DNA of 64,000 nucleotides from Podarcis muralis (Eukaryota): positions 35,836,001 through 35,900,000 of the forward strand of contig NC_135660.1 of assembly GCF_964188315.1 (NCBI RefSeq), read 5' to 3'. The notes below the pieces were generated by a model. It saw only the letters and a program-made list of their open reading frames with translations. It made no database searches and had not been told where the DNA came from. A program made the translations under genes and the position numbers. Of the stretch, positions 1 through 13,300 are shown one piece after another. Within the stretch, counting starts at the first letter, position 1. The number at the start of each line of letters is the position of its first letter.

Positions 1-1971
1 GGGCACAGAAATATGCAGCAGTAATTACATTTTCTACAAATCAAAATTTGTCATGTATGTTAAGACTCTTTCAGCTTTGAACCTATTCGTTCCTTTTTTA
101 AAATGCAGTAACTCTGGACAAACTGAAAACGGTTCTTGCAGCAAACAGAAATACATACAATTCAGTAACATTAATGACAGTTAAAATATTTTTTATCATT
201 TAGCCACTTGCAAACAATTCTTACAATCCAACCAGCAGATTTAAATGAGCTGCCAAGTGCTATGCTAAAGCTGCAACTCCTATGCAGGGTTGGATATGGT
301 TAAGCCTATTTCTTTCCAAGGGGCTCAGACTCACCTAACTTTGCATTAGGTCAGGCTGAATGATAAGAGGCAGCTGGACAGATGGGTCTTCTACAGGGAA
401 AGTACTATAGTAAGGGCACCACCACCACTGGTAATCTATTGCTGAACTTTATATGGTACCCTAGTTAGGTTATCCCTGCTATACCTTAAGTCTAGATTTG
501 GGAGCTTAGCAGCTAACCATATCACAATGTATTTGTACCAGTCAGAAATATATGTCTATCCCTGACCTAATATGGAGTTACGCAGTCTTCCAGCTTAGTC
601 TGAGATCACTGACCCATCTACCTCAACAACTTTCTCCTCAGATGGCACATAAATATCCTTCTACCTTCCTTCCCAGTGCAGTGCGAGATACAGACAAATA
701 AGAGGAAAGGGTGGTGAGACACTGCTGGGGTTACCACTGTTCACTCTGGGGAAGAGAAATTGTAAGCCACACCAAATAATATGTGTGCATTTATCTGTTT
801 GCCTGTGTCTTGGTTCAGGCAGAGGTGCATCTAAAGGTACGTCAAGTGTTGTTGACGGCACTATAGATCCTGATCAGCACTGTAAAGTTAAAAGAGCAAA
901 TAGTGTGAATAGAAAAACTCTGTCTGGCTCCACTACATCGGCGAGTTATCCATGATGAGAGAGGCAATCTAACCCATTAACCTGCTTTGTGAAACAGACT
1001 CTTCCAAACTGTAGGGAGAGAATATCAGGAAAGGTATAAAACAGTCTGAAATTACCACTTCAACACAAAGGCAGAAAAAATGGGTTTTCAAGTGTCAAGC
1101 CTTCTGATTCAATACACCTGACACTGAAAAGTTGGATGGAGACTATGCCAGTTTCTCATGTCTATCATGAGCAGACAAAATGCATTCTGGGAGCTAACAG
1201 GAAACCTGTGGTGCCACAGGCCAAAATGATCACCTATTGTGGGGGCGGCTTGCAGGATCTATTTCATGTGTGTGTTTTTAATAGATCTCCAAGATCCTCC
1301 AACTGAAGCCAGGCAGGGGAGCAGGACATACTTTAACAATGAAGAATATGTTCAACTCAAAAATATGCTATATTTAACTCATTCAAGGAAAACTAGGATA
1401 TAAGTGTAATAATCAATAACATCAGCATTGTTGCTGATCTACTGCAACTTATATCTACTGGGATATCCTTATCCAAGTTCTGTTCACCCATAGTGCAAAA
1501 TGCCATTGTTGGATGACAACTTTTCCTTTTTCATCTATGTCCACTTTAGTATTAGTTACTTCTGTTACAACAGAAGCTGCTGCCTCAATGCAGACCAAGT
1601 AGGCATTATAAAGTATTTATTTTGCTCAATTTAGATGTCATACCAAATCATGAGTAAGGAGTGCAATCCTCTGCAGGTTTACCAATGACTAAGTCTCACT
1701 ATGTTAAGTGTATAGGATCTAACTATTATGGTTTAGCATGCTGACTGAATTGATATGTCATGATTTGCAATCAGTCAGCAAACCAAAATCATAAGTAATG
1801 GTTTGAAGTGTATCTGCACTTGCAAACAACATTATGTCTGAAATGACAAATTATAGTCATGGTCTTTGCTTCATTTCTGGAGTGCAAAGCAAAGGGGAAA
1901 TGAAAGCAAACAGCTTTAAACCATGGTTTGCTTGTACATTGGAAGCTCAAAACATGATTTGGGCTCTAACC

Positions 1972-2106
1972 CACGCATAGGCAAACTCAGCCCGCCAGAT
2001 GTTTTAAGGCTACAATTTCCATCATCCCTGACCACTGGTCCTGTTAGCTGGGATGATGGGAGTTATAGTCCCCAAACATCTGGAGGGCCGAGTTTGCCTA
2101 TGCCTG
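1972..2106. mobile_element. Hairpin hAT-type MITE
   Basis: Near-palindromic 135 bp with GCATAGGCAAACTC/GAGTTTGCCTATGC ends; perfect 8-bp TSD CTCTAACC. Confidence 0.88.
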
Positions 2107-3058
2107 CTCTAACCTATGGTTAGAGCAAACCATGGTTTGATGTACTATGATATCTGAAGAAGTGTGCATGCACACGAAAGCTCATACCAATAACAAACTT
2201 AGTTGGTCTCTAAGGTGCTACTGGAAGGAATTTTTTTATGATATCTGCGGTAAGCCTGTGCTTTGACAAAAGCAATAGCTGTTGGTCATCAGTCCCACTT
2301 TAAGAAACAATGTAATGCACTTTGCTACTCTCAATGACAGAACAGTTTATGTAATCTAAATCTGTGTATACTCTAATACAAAAAGAAAAAAACAATATGT
2401 GGGCAAAATATGGAGGAGTATGACTCCCATCATCCCTGACCATTGGTCATGTTGGATTCAATTGACTAGACTCAGGAGCCCAACACCATGTGGAGGACCA
2501 CAGATTCCACAGCCCTTCTCTAGACAGCACCCGTTTGCTGAGAATCTACCTTTTGGCCTGATTGTGAATTCTTGGTTGCTGCTGGAAACAAAATGCTGAG
2601 CTGGGTGAAATTTGCTTCTTTTCTCAATTTATAAATATATATTGTTTTCTCAAGTTATTTATAGTAAATTCTGCATATCTTTGCAACTTAGCTATTTGTC
2701 ATTTCTATATGCGTGGGTGTGGCATATTTCTTAACGCTAGGGAATGCTCTTCTTGCACGCTACCAGAAAAGCAAAAAATCAGGCATTTCTAATTGTTGCC
2801 ATCTGCCGAGATGTTTGCTGCACACCTGATGGACAAGTTGCTTTCTCCAATGGGTGCATACACCTTATTCCCAGAACTCTGACAGGACGAGACAGGCAAA
2901 CTTACAAACAGGAAGGCTATGTACTCACACCTGTGCTCCACACCTTAAAAGTGGGGCTTACTTTTAGAGTTCAGGACGTACCCGCCCTAGAACCTGTTTT
3001 CAAAGGTTGCGCTTCTGCTATAAAACGTGGGAAAGTGAGGGACGGACGGGGCAATGTG

Positions 3059-3090
<32 letters not shown>
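3059..3090. repeat. (TCA)n microsatellite
   Basis: About 10.7 perfect units. Confidence 0.95.
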
Positions 3091-3489
3091 GCCATAAGGA
3101 AGCATGTGCAGAGTGCCTTGCTCTGCCTTCCCGGGGGGTGGGGGCACAGCCCTGACACACCTCTCTCAAAATTAGGTTAGGCGGCCGGAGTTGTATTGGC
3201 GGAAAGAACATGGATAAGGGATTCTCTTTTGTCCCTCGATCTGCCTGGGAGCGGGTGGAGGCGAGGTAATAAGGGGGGCAGCGGATGCAAGCAGCCAGGT
3301 ATGCGAGCGGGGCACCCCGTTTCGTGAAGCATCAGCCCGTCAGGGTGCTGCAGGCGGCGGCGGAGGAAAAGCAGGAGGCTCCTCGCCCGCCTGCCCAACG
3401 TATGTCACGGAGAAGGAGATGGGCAGGGCTGCGCTCGAGTCGCCCTCCCAGCACCAGGTGCGACCTGTTCCTGCCCTCCCCCTGGTTAC

Positions 3490-3572
3490 CTGTGGAAGGA
3501 GACGGCCGCTCGACCCCGGGGAGCTTTGCCCTGCCGGTTGGAGCAATTCAGCGCCGCGCAGCAGATCACCAT
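3490..3572 (-). CDS. THAP4: THAP domain-containing protein 4, coding exon 1 (rest of gene lies left of the window)
   Basis: Translates MVICCAALNCSNRQGKAPRGRAAVSFH(R), matching the THAP4 N-terminus; ends at AG|GTAACC donor; head-to-head with ATG4B as in mammals. Confidence 0.93.
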
Positions 3573-4363
3573 CTCGGGAGGCCGCGCGGGCGGCCCTGCC
3601 TCTCCCCCCACCTCCACCTCCTCCTCCTCCTCCTCCCCCCGCTCCGCGTCCGTACAACAAGATGGCGCAGCCTGTCGAGTCCCCTCAGCCGCCTCGCCGC
3701 ACCCTGAACGGCCACTTCCGTACGGAAGGAGCAGCCGTTTCACAGGGGCGGTCCTCAGGCGGCGTTTGGTCAGAGCGTACGTGTATCTACAGCACACTTG
3801 CCTTTTTAAAAAAACAACAGCAACGGCTTTTTACATCACTGTCGGTACACAGAAAGACGGTCGGACTGTTGTGGGGATTTAATATGGTTAGAATGGAAGT
3901 GTGACGTGAACTCCTAGACACTGCAATGTTGGAGGTGGGGGGGGGGGTAAGGGGGCGGGGCGTTAAGGTTCCGTACACAAATATGGCGGCCTCCACAGTC
4001 TGAGCTTTTCCTATCCTGTGGTGGTTGTACTACTCGGAGAGGTCGGGAGCACATCCTGAAGAAATCAAAGCGCCCCCCACTTCAGAAAGGTGCGAAGTTG
4101 GACCTAAAGGAGCCCGTTTGGCAGAGTCACCCTCTCCGTACAGCAAGATGGCGCCTCCCTAGCATCAGGAGGAAGCGTTGCGGTGCAGAAGAGCTTGCTG
4201 ACCTCTTCAGCGAACCTATCCGCCACTCAGATGGGCTGCGAAGAGCTACGCGATTGGGCGAGAGTCGGACAGTCGAGGCGAGTAGGTTAGAGTGCGCCGT
4301 TGTGGTGGTCTGTTTCTGTAAGGAGACAGCCGTGGTCGCCCCTGAATCTTGAGCGGGGGCAGA

Positions 4364-4373
4364 ATGGACGCGG
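4364..4373 (+). CDS. ATG4B: ATG4B exon 1 (MDA)
   Basis: ATGGACGCGG|GTGAGA in CpG island; phase 1 fits exon 2. Confidence 0.85.
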
Positions 4374-7300
4374 GTGAGAGAAGGGAAATGTCTGGGTTAC
4401 TGGAATGGGGAGGCTATTCGAGGGCCGGCGGGGGGGGGGGCTTTCTTTGTGTCTGTGGCTCAGGGCGATTGGGGTGTGAAAGGGTGGATGATCGGTCTGT
4501 TTATCAGGAGAAGCTGGTGTTGCGGGATGGGCTAGGGAGAGGGTCGTTCAAAGAGTGGGGAGATGGAAGGGGGGCGCTCTGTGTCGGGGGCACAAGAGGT
4601 CGTGTCTCAAAAAAGAGGGGGACACACTTCCTTTATAGAAGAGGTCATTGGGTAAAGTTGTTAAAGGGAGTCAGGCAAACGTGGTACTTCGCCTCCCGGT
4701 CTCCTTTCTGTAATAGACACACAGCTTGCTATGGCATTGTATGCTATTTATGCATTCCCTGCCCAAGCCAGCCTGTTTTTTGTCTTCCTAGCAATTAGCA
4801 TAGAATGTTGTTTTCAGTCCACAGTGCTGACGCTTCATCACCGGTGGGTGCTGTGACCTAGTGAAATATGCCAGGGTTAAAAGTTTTATGAAGTTGACAA
4901 GAACTTGGGAATTAGTGGGAGTTGGTGAAGTTTGCGTGTGAGGCCTTGTAAGCTGAAAGTGTGTTTTCCTTTTTTTGCTCCCCGACATGTTGCTGCAGTG
5001 GATTCTCTTTGGAGCATTGTGGAACAGCGCGGCTGCATGACAGCTGGTTATAATACTATGCCAAAGTGCTACAACTAAGATGGAAAAACTGTGAGGATAG
5101 TAAAGAATAAGATAGCGAATCAAGTAACTCTCTTATTCTTCATCCCCTCCTTGAACTTCCCCAGTAGGTGGAAAAACATGTGATAGTCAAGGACTGAAGT
5201 TCTTACCCCCCCCCCCCCAAATAAGATAAGTTAAGCAAGTACACACACATTCTTAAATCTGTGTGCCCTACTGAACTTTGTTGAAAGCCCCTAGGTGCCT
5301 CCCAGATAACCGATCATTCATGTCTGACAGAAATGCACAGTATTCTACTGGCATACCCCTTCTGATCAACTGTCATGTAGTAATCAGTTGTTCTGAATCC
5401 ATCATGGTATGAAATGTATGGCTCCTAAAACTATACAAATACCCTCCAAAAATATATGCTCTTTATTTCACCACACCATAGCTCCATGGCAGCCCTATCT
5501 TTTGGAATTTTGATCAAGCCATATGAAGTGAAAATAATTAGAATTAGTTGCAATACAGTATTCGAGTCATTTGATTGCAGGTAACCTGTTTCCTTCAGCC
5601 AGAATGCTTGAGGGCAACTCAGAATTGTGTCTGTGATCACTTGCCTTGTGGAAGAAGATTCCTAGTTCAGATCAAATTGTTGGCTTTTACTGGCTGTGTA
5701 TTTGATGTCAGCCACATTTTAAAAATTACATTTGTATTCTCCTGTTCTCTCAGGAGTTCAGAGTGGTATTTTAGTCTCCCAGAAGCCCTGTGAAATGGGT
5801 TAGCCTGAAAAATAGTAATCTGTCCAGCACTAAAGAGTGAGCTTTACAGCTAAAGACCAAACTATTAGCACATTTTGTCTTAGTGTGTTTGTGTCTGTGT
5901 TTGCTGTTTTTTGATTTTTACAAATACCTGGTGTGTGAAAGCTGTTTCAGGACTATAGTGTAGCAAAGGCATAAAGTCACCCTTTGCTCCATGCGGTGGT
6001 TCAGTCCAGCTGGGTGTGTATTGTATGCAAGCTATTTTTTAAACAGGCCAACAGCCATAAAAGGGTTAATGGTGGTAATAATGTCATGACTACTTTGGCT
6101 GTTATTGGGTTTCCCATATCCAACTCTCTAGCCACTGCACCTACTGGCCACCTGTGGAAGGTTATTATTATTATTATATACAATGTTGCCCTTCTGTTTT
6201 CTATTGGTTGGTCACATGCTGAAGTCATGCAAAAGGGCACCCTGGGGCTTTTTTGTTTGTGGGTTTGGTGCTGGTAAATTTTTAAAAGATTTTCCCCAAT
6301 TTCATCCCAGTCATATTTTGACATATTTAAGAGTTGTGGCTTATCTCCAGTGCCTTAACACTAACCAATAATTTGCTTACCTTCTTGAAACTGGCACTAT
6401 GATAAACACTTTATTTTAACATCGGTTGCTAAGGATCAGTTGCCCAAGAAGTTGCTCTTGAGCTAGTGAAGTGACGGCTCAGTAACTGAGGTTGCTTTCT
6501 TTATTGTAGCTTGGCATTCCAGAAACACTAACAGTTTATTTTGTTCTGATCTTTGACTATAATCATTTAGAAATGAATAAGATTTTCTCATTACTGTACT
6601 AAGAGTCTTAACAATGGCCATTCTTTATCGGGCCTGGCCATTCTAGTTGTGGAAGTTGCAAAGCAGATAGAATAAGTGGTTTTGAGTTTTTTCATGGTGC
6701 CTTGGTTCACAGACAGCTGTGAGAATGATGTACCATTTCCCAGAGTGTAATGGCAGTTCCTTGTTATATTTCATTTTTTGTCCTTCCTTTGACATGTAAT
6801 ATAGAATCATTTGTCTGTAAAAATGATGGCTGTGTCCGGATAGGCGATATAAACCTCTCCTGCTTTGACCAGTAAAAATAACTGTGCATGAATAGCCTAT
6901 AATGGTGGCAATTGTCCTGTGTTATTTATTTATTCTTGGATTTGCTTCCTATGAAACTTATTGAAGCGATTTCACAACACAATAAAAACAGTTAAAACAA
7001 TTGCATATATAAAGCAATTTCAAATAAATTCAGATACTGACAATGGAGACTCTGCCTGTCTGATATATAATGGGAGGGATTTCCAAAAGGTAGGTGCTGC
7101 CATATTAAATGTCCAGTTCTGGCACTGTGTGGAACACCCTTCCTGATAAGATGGCATCTCTTTGTTTTGAGTCACTTTGAGTCACTTTTGTGAAAACAAC
7201 AAATATTGATGGGGGTAAATAAACTGGATGCTTTCTTTGCCGGTTTGTGACTATCTACTACTATTACTACTAATTTTATTATTTGTATGCCACCCACCTG

Positions 7301-10300
7301 ACTGGGTTTCTCCAGCCATTCTGGGTAGCTCCCAACAGAAAAATATAAATACGTTAAAACATCAAACATTAAAAACTTTCAATAATAATAACATAATACG
7401 TCCAGAATAGAGAAAACTATGTTGACTGCATCACTACAAATCTGGACTTCCTGATTGCTTCCACTTTGTTAAAACTATGTTTGTGAGAGTCCTATCTCCT
7501 TTGGATGAAATAAAGTATGGTGATATAATATATGAGGTACCAGTTGAAGGAATAACAAAAATAGATAGTAAACAAACATGAGTGAAGATCATAGAATAGA
7601 AATAATAATACTTATGTGGCTTCTGGTGAGGGGGGGGATTTTTTACCCTTCCTTTTATGGATATCAATGTGCTCGTTGCAAAATAAATCAAATAATTATA
7701 TTTAATTTATTTCCCACCCAAATATTCTAATATTTTTTGGGAGGGGTAAAATAAATATAATCAGCAGCAGCAGGTTGCCATCTCCTAGAGATCTCTGGGA
7801 TGATCTTTTAGCTTTCTATGTAGAGTTGAGTCCTTTGGATTGCTTTTCTGACTCCTTGCCACAGTTAGTTCACAAGAGTTTTTCCTTGTACTGCACACTT
7901 GGTAAGGTTGCCAGAAGTTATTTGTTCCAGAGCAGCCCCATAGAAGTCAACAGATGAAAGATACTGCAGCTGGCACAACAAGCTAATAATCTAAACCATG
8001 TGCCTGTGTATGCTGGGACCATCTTTCTGCTGCTTATCATCATACTAACTTCTTGACCACAGTATCATGTGGTTTATAATATATATCAATCTTGATATTG
8101 AAACATCTTAATGCAGAGGAATTATTGAGATGTGACTTGATGGGCACCCTCACTGTCTGGGAAGAGAATATAATAAGCTAGCAGTGGGGCATGATGTCCT
8201 CTTAAGGTGAGGCTGCAGAGCATGTGAAATTTGAACTGAATGTATGATCTGGAGATCTATTGATTTTTTTGACTACACAAAATGAAGAAGGTCAAGGAGA
8301 GAAAGATGTGACATTGAGGTGCATATTTGCTTCAGAACCTTTATTTGTTCATGGTGATTCAGATTCCTAGAAATGGGTTGTATGGTTCCTTTGGTGTTGC
8401 TACAGAGGAATAGAATTTTCTCTTTTTATAGATTTCAGCCTCCTGCTACTTGTTCATCGTGTTACTTTTAGTGTTGCAGATATGAGTAAATTGGCGAAAG
8501 GTTACATTTGTTTATCAGATTTATTTCTTGCCCCTCATCACATTTGATCCCAGGGTAAGCTGCAACAATATAAAATACAATATGTCCATAAAATACAGTT
8601 GAAAAGCATTTAAACAGGTCCATCTCTCATGTAAACCCCAATATCCTCAGGTGGCTTAGACAAGTGGTTCTCAAAGTGGGTGGCAGGCATGCCAACTCCT
8701 AGGGCTTGGAAGTGTTTTCAACTCCCTCTAAAACAGCTGGCAGGGGGCTGTGCCCCCTCCATGCTGAGCGGGTAGAGGAGGCCGAGTGAGGAGCCAAGCG
8801 TGGCTGGTTCCTTCTCCTGTCAATGCAACGTGTGCATGATGTCACACACTTGCAGTGTGCACTGGGGCCCCTCAATCTTAAGTGCAAGGCGGTACCCACC
8901 CAGGAGGGCAGTGGGATTACCCACAAGAGGCAGGGGCACCGCAGGTGTAAATGACTATCAGCCTTTGAAAAGCTGGTATCTTTGGATCAGGGTTGTCAAT
9001 TTTGCTGACTTAATTCAACTATATATTTTGAATTGGATTTTGAATAAATGTGCAGTTGTTACTGTTTTGAATTTTATTGTGCGAGTATCTTCTTTAGTGG
9101 GTCGTGCAAACTGCTATTCTGAGTAATGCTTTTTACGGGATAAGATAAGGGACACTGGAGAGGAGTTTTTAGAACCAAGGGGGAGGCGCGAAAACATTTG
9201 GGAAACACTACTTAGAGGAAGAGTTCTGTCTTCAACTGGTACTACAAAACAGGCAAAGTAAACACCAGCCAAGCTTCAAGAGAAGAGTGTTCCACAACCA
9301 GGACACCATTGCTAAGAAGGCCCTCTGGCAGTGTAGCGTGGAATAAGTGTTGGAGTGTCTCTTTTGCTCCCAATAAAAGTGAAATGTAAGACAGGTTCCT
9401 AATCTGTAAATCGGGAGTGAAATAGCACTTCTGGGGATGAGGGAGTCTTCCTCGCAGCCTAAATCCCTGAAGGGTTATGAGGAGTGAAGTGTGTAAATTT
9501 TGTAAATTGCATAATATTCTTCTCATCTAACTCAAGGAAAGTTGTAGCCTTCAGCTTTTTCCCTCTGAGTTGTTCTTGCTCTGTTACTTTATTTCCTGTT
9601 GCTCCTCTATCTTTATTGTTCTTTCTCCAAAAAACCTGAAACCAAAAAAAGTGCAGGTGGTGGCTTTGGTGTGACCCACCGGTTGAAAACCACTTGAGAA
9701 CGTACAATGAAATACCAGAATCTAGATGCATCCTGTAAGTGGCTGGATTCCAGCAGAGTATCTATCTTGGCAGACAGTGAACAGAAAATTCAGCTTGACA
9801 TGGAGCAATGTATGTCATGTTGTTCACAAATTGGCTACTGGTTCTTTTGCTGTGTGTTTGGGTGTGAGTAATGATGATGAGGCCACTCCCACTATTGGCT
9901 TGTCTTGTGTCTACATATGCTGGAAAAGGAAGAAATGAAATGTTGAGGTTTTAAGATTAGTGATGGGCAGATCAGTTCATAAGCGTGCATTCATCAATCC
10001 ATTCTTTTCTATGTTGGTGTGATTTTTTAAAATCTGTATGAAAATGCACATTTAAATATGGACTTTTGAACTTATTTTCTCCCAAAATGTATTTAGAAAT
10101 GTGCTTTTTATCTGAAACCACACATTAAAAAAAAATCATTTTAATACCTCTTTGAGTAAGGAAACTGCATTGCAAAAATTTGGTAAGTATAACCTCCAAA
10201 CCTTAGCTACGTGTTGATCCTCACATGCAGGGACAAAAGCCTCAAAAGATTAGTGACAGTCTTGTGTATTTTTGTTTTTGAACAGCTACTCTCACGTACG

Positions 10301-13300
10301 ATACTCTCAGGTTTGAGTATGAAGACTTCCCGGAAACCAAAGAGCCTGTTTGGATCCTGGGGAGAAAATATAGTGTATTAACAGGTAATTGAAGGGCTAT
10401 AAATACTCCTGTCAGCTGTGTTGCTAACTCTACTTTTTGAAGACTTGGGGTATATGTGGCTTTGATTTAACAGCTTGCCTTTCTCTTTTCCCTTCTTAAC
10501 TACCTCCACTGAATATTCATAGAGAGAGCAGTCCACCCTCCTTCCCCATTTTCCTGAATGAGCTTAGGCTCTGGAATCTAAAGGCTAAAATAAAGAGAGA
10601 GAGAGCTCCCAATAAAAGATGAAATGTTAATATGTATTCTCCCTCATGCATACTGTATTAGTCTTGGCTTAGTTGTCTTGTACCTTTTGTAGTCTGTAGT
10701 CCAGAGAGCTGATGAACCTAAACCTCCCTAAAAGGAACCACTTTTTAAAAAACTTCTCTTGGTTTGGTTAATTAATTCAGTGACAGTACCACTGAATCAG
10801 CACAGTGTCAACACACTTCCAGAAAAAATGACATTTGGTGTTTTCACTTCCTTAGAGAAAGAGGAGATCCTGTTAGACGTGACCTCTCGTCTTTGGTTCA
10901 CATACAGAAAAAGCTTTCCTGCCATTGGTAAGTAGGAGAGTTCATTCACTATGTTACACCTCAAATGAAGCTGGTTTATTTCTTAGTACCCAATTGCCCC
11001 TTAGCCCAGTGATGACAGCAGGGATCATGTGTTGAGTTGTGCTACCAAAATCTGAAAGCCCTGTTCTGCTCATTGGAGGGTGGCATAGAAGCATGTTGCT
11101 CTGCTAGGTTCTGGAAAGCAACTTTACTTCTTCCTCTGTTCTGATGTGACATCTGATTCTATTTCTGGTATTCATAGAAAAAGGAAATGTGCTCCCACCT
11201 TGAAAACAGGAAACACAAAAAAATGCAGAAGTTGAAGAATACAAAGGAAACTTATTTTGGAGGGCGGGTGTGTGGTGCTTAGAAGTCTATAATTTATTTG
11301 TTGCATATCTGTATACCCATACCCTGGGATCACTTGTTGGGTGAAAGGTGGATTAGAGATGAAAGGAAACATGAAATAGATCAATACCTGACTTGCAAAA
11401 GAGGAAAATAGCTTATATTAGCTAAAACAATTTGACAATATGTTACTTTCAATAACATTGCTATTGGATTTTTAAAAAATGCTCTGGAAGCCAAAGTTGA
11501 TAGTTCTAAAGAATGCTGAGGATGGAGAGAATTTTCAAGAAGGTGACAACCCACTCCATTTTAAGGTGTTAAAAATAATAATTAAAAGTATAGGTGGAAA
11601 TTAATGTTTTCTTATAGGGTTAGGGTTACATGGAAAGCATTATACTGAGTCAGACATTTGGTCTATCTAGCTCTCTAATGTCTACACTGATTGGCAGTGT
11701 AGTGTGTTCTAGACAGAGGACATTCCCAGCTCTACCAGGAGATACCATGGATTGATTCTGGGACCCTCTGCATTTAAAGATATTCTACCACTGAATTAGG
11801 ACAGTGTGCGAAACTCGCATTGTTCTAGGCGCATTTTGCAACTGGGAATTTCATTAGTGTGAGCAGTTTCTGAGCTCTGGGTTCAGTACTGCACCTATGA
11901 TTTCAGATTAAAACTGAAGAGTGGAAGGAAAGGAGGACCTTTTTCTGCCTCCCCTACTTCCAGCTACTCTCTGAAGACTGGAGAAGAGACCCTCTTAAGA
12001 ATATTAGGGGGGTGGGCAGGGGAAGGACTAGACCAGGGGTAGGCAACCTAAGGCCTGTGAGCCTTCTCAATCCGGCTCGTGGATGGTCCAGGAATCAGCA
12101 TGTTTTTACATGAGTAGAATGTGTCCTTTTATTTAAAATGCATCTCTGTGTTATTTGTGGGGCCTGCCTGGTGTGTTTACATGAGTAGGATGTGTGCTTT
12201 TATTTAAAATGCATCTCTAGGTTATCTGTGGGGCATAGGAATTCGTTCATCCCCCCCAAAAAAAATATAGTCCAGCCCACCACATGGTCTGAGGGACAGT
12301 GGACCGGCCCATGGCTGAAAAAGGTTGCTGACCCCTAGACTAAACCATGCGAAAAATGAGCATAATACTTTAGCTGCCGTTCATTCATTTTCAGTTTTGT
12401 ATTCTTGTTATAAAAAAGAGTGCCTAGACATTCTGTTGTTCCGCCTATAAGCTAGGTTTAAGGTGCCATTTAGCTCCTAGCTTTCATATCTCAGTTTCTA
12501 ACACTGAATTAGGGTCATTCCCCTTCTCCCAAGTTATGACCATGGGGGATTGGGACATTCAGTTTGCATACTTAGTTGTTCTTATAATGGCTACAAAATA
12601 TCTGTAGCTCTTTTTCCAATACTATGTGTAATCCGGGTTCAATTCAATAAAAACGTGTGTATTTGTGTTACATAAATATATTTTACTTCCTCTAATTTTT
12701 GCATTTATTTTTCTGAGCTGAAGAGAAGACCAATATGATACAGTGCTGTCCTATGAATGCCAATGCAGAAATAAGTCATACTGTGTTCAGTGGGTCTTAA
12801 CCCCAACAAATGTAAATAGGATTACAGCCATAGCCAGGTTTCTGGGCTTTCCAACCTATGCCTGCTCAGGTATACAGCAAAAATCACATTGCCCCACACC
12901 ACATATGCCACACGTGCCACTATGGTTAGTTTCTGTTTTTTCTTTTTGGTTGCAGGGGGAACAGGTCCTACATCTGACACTGGCTGGGGCTGCATGTTAA
13001 GGTGCGGTCAGATGATCTTTGCTCAGGCCTTGGTTTGCAGACACTTAGGCAGAGGTAAGTCAAATCCCCCCCCAAAACAAATGAATATGGTACTGTGACA
13101 ATGTGATATGTTTGTGTGTTCAGATACCAAAAGGGCCTTTTAAAAACTGCATTTAAACTGTGAAGAACTGGACAATAAAGCTGTCCCTAAATATAATATT
13201 CCAGTTCATCCTTAGTAGCACCACCTCCTTCATAATAGATAATATGTTGGGTACAAGTGCAATTCACAAGGGACATGCTAACCTACAGTTATTTTGGTGG

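Larger units (their letters stand above)
3180..4480. promoter_or_regulatory. CpG island / bidirectional promoter of THAP4 and ATG4B
   Basis: CpG-rich block between divergent ATGs at 3572 and 4364; YY1-type AANATGGCG at 3659, 3979, 4145; ETS-type CACTTCCG at 3713; G-runs 3937-3960. Confidence 0.85.

Noticed and set aside
1-3489. Search for THAP4 exon 2 (FPLKD...CSEHF)
   Set aside because: Not found on the minus strand; intron 1 extends beyond the window
3177-4798. Many overlapping ORFs around THAP4/ATG4B starts (similarly 29054-29833 and 30817-31598)
   Set aside because: CpG-island ORF artefacts; only the short true first exons match known proteins
8653-9704. Treating 8661-9696 as one intact hAT insertion
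   Set aside because: The ends are inverted but the flanking 8-mers (GGCTTAGA vs AGAACGTA) do not match; kept only as a low-confidence feature
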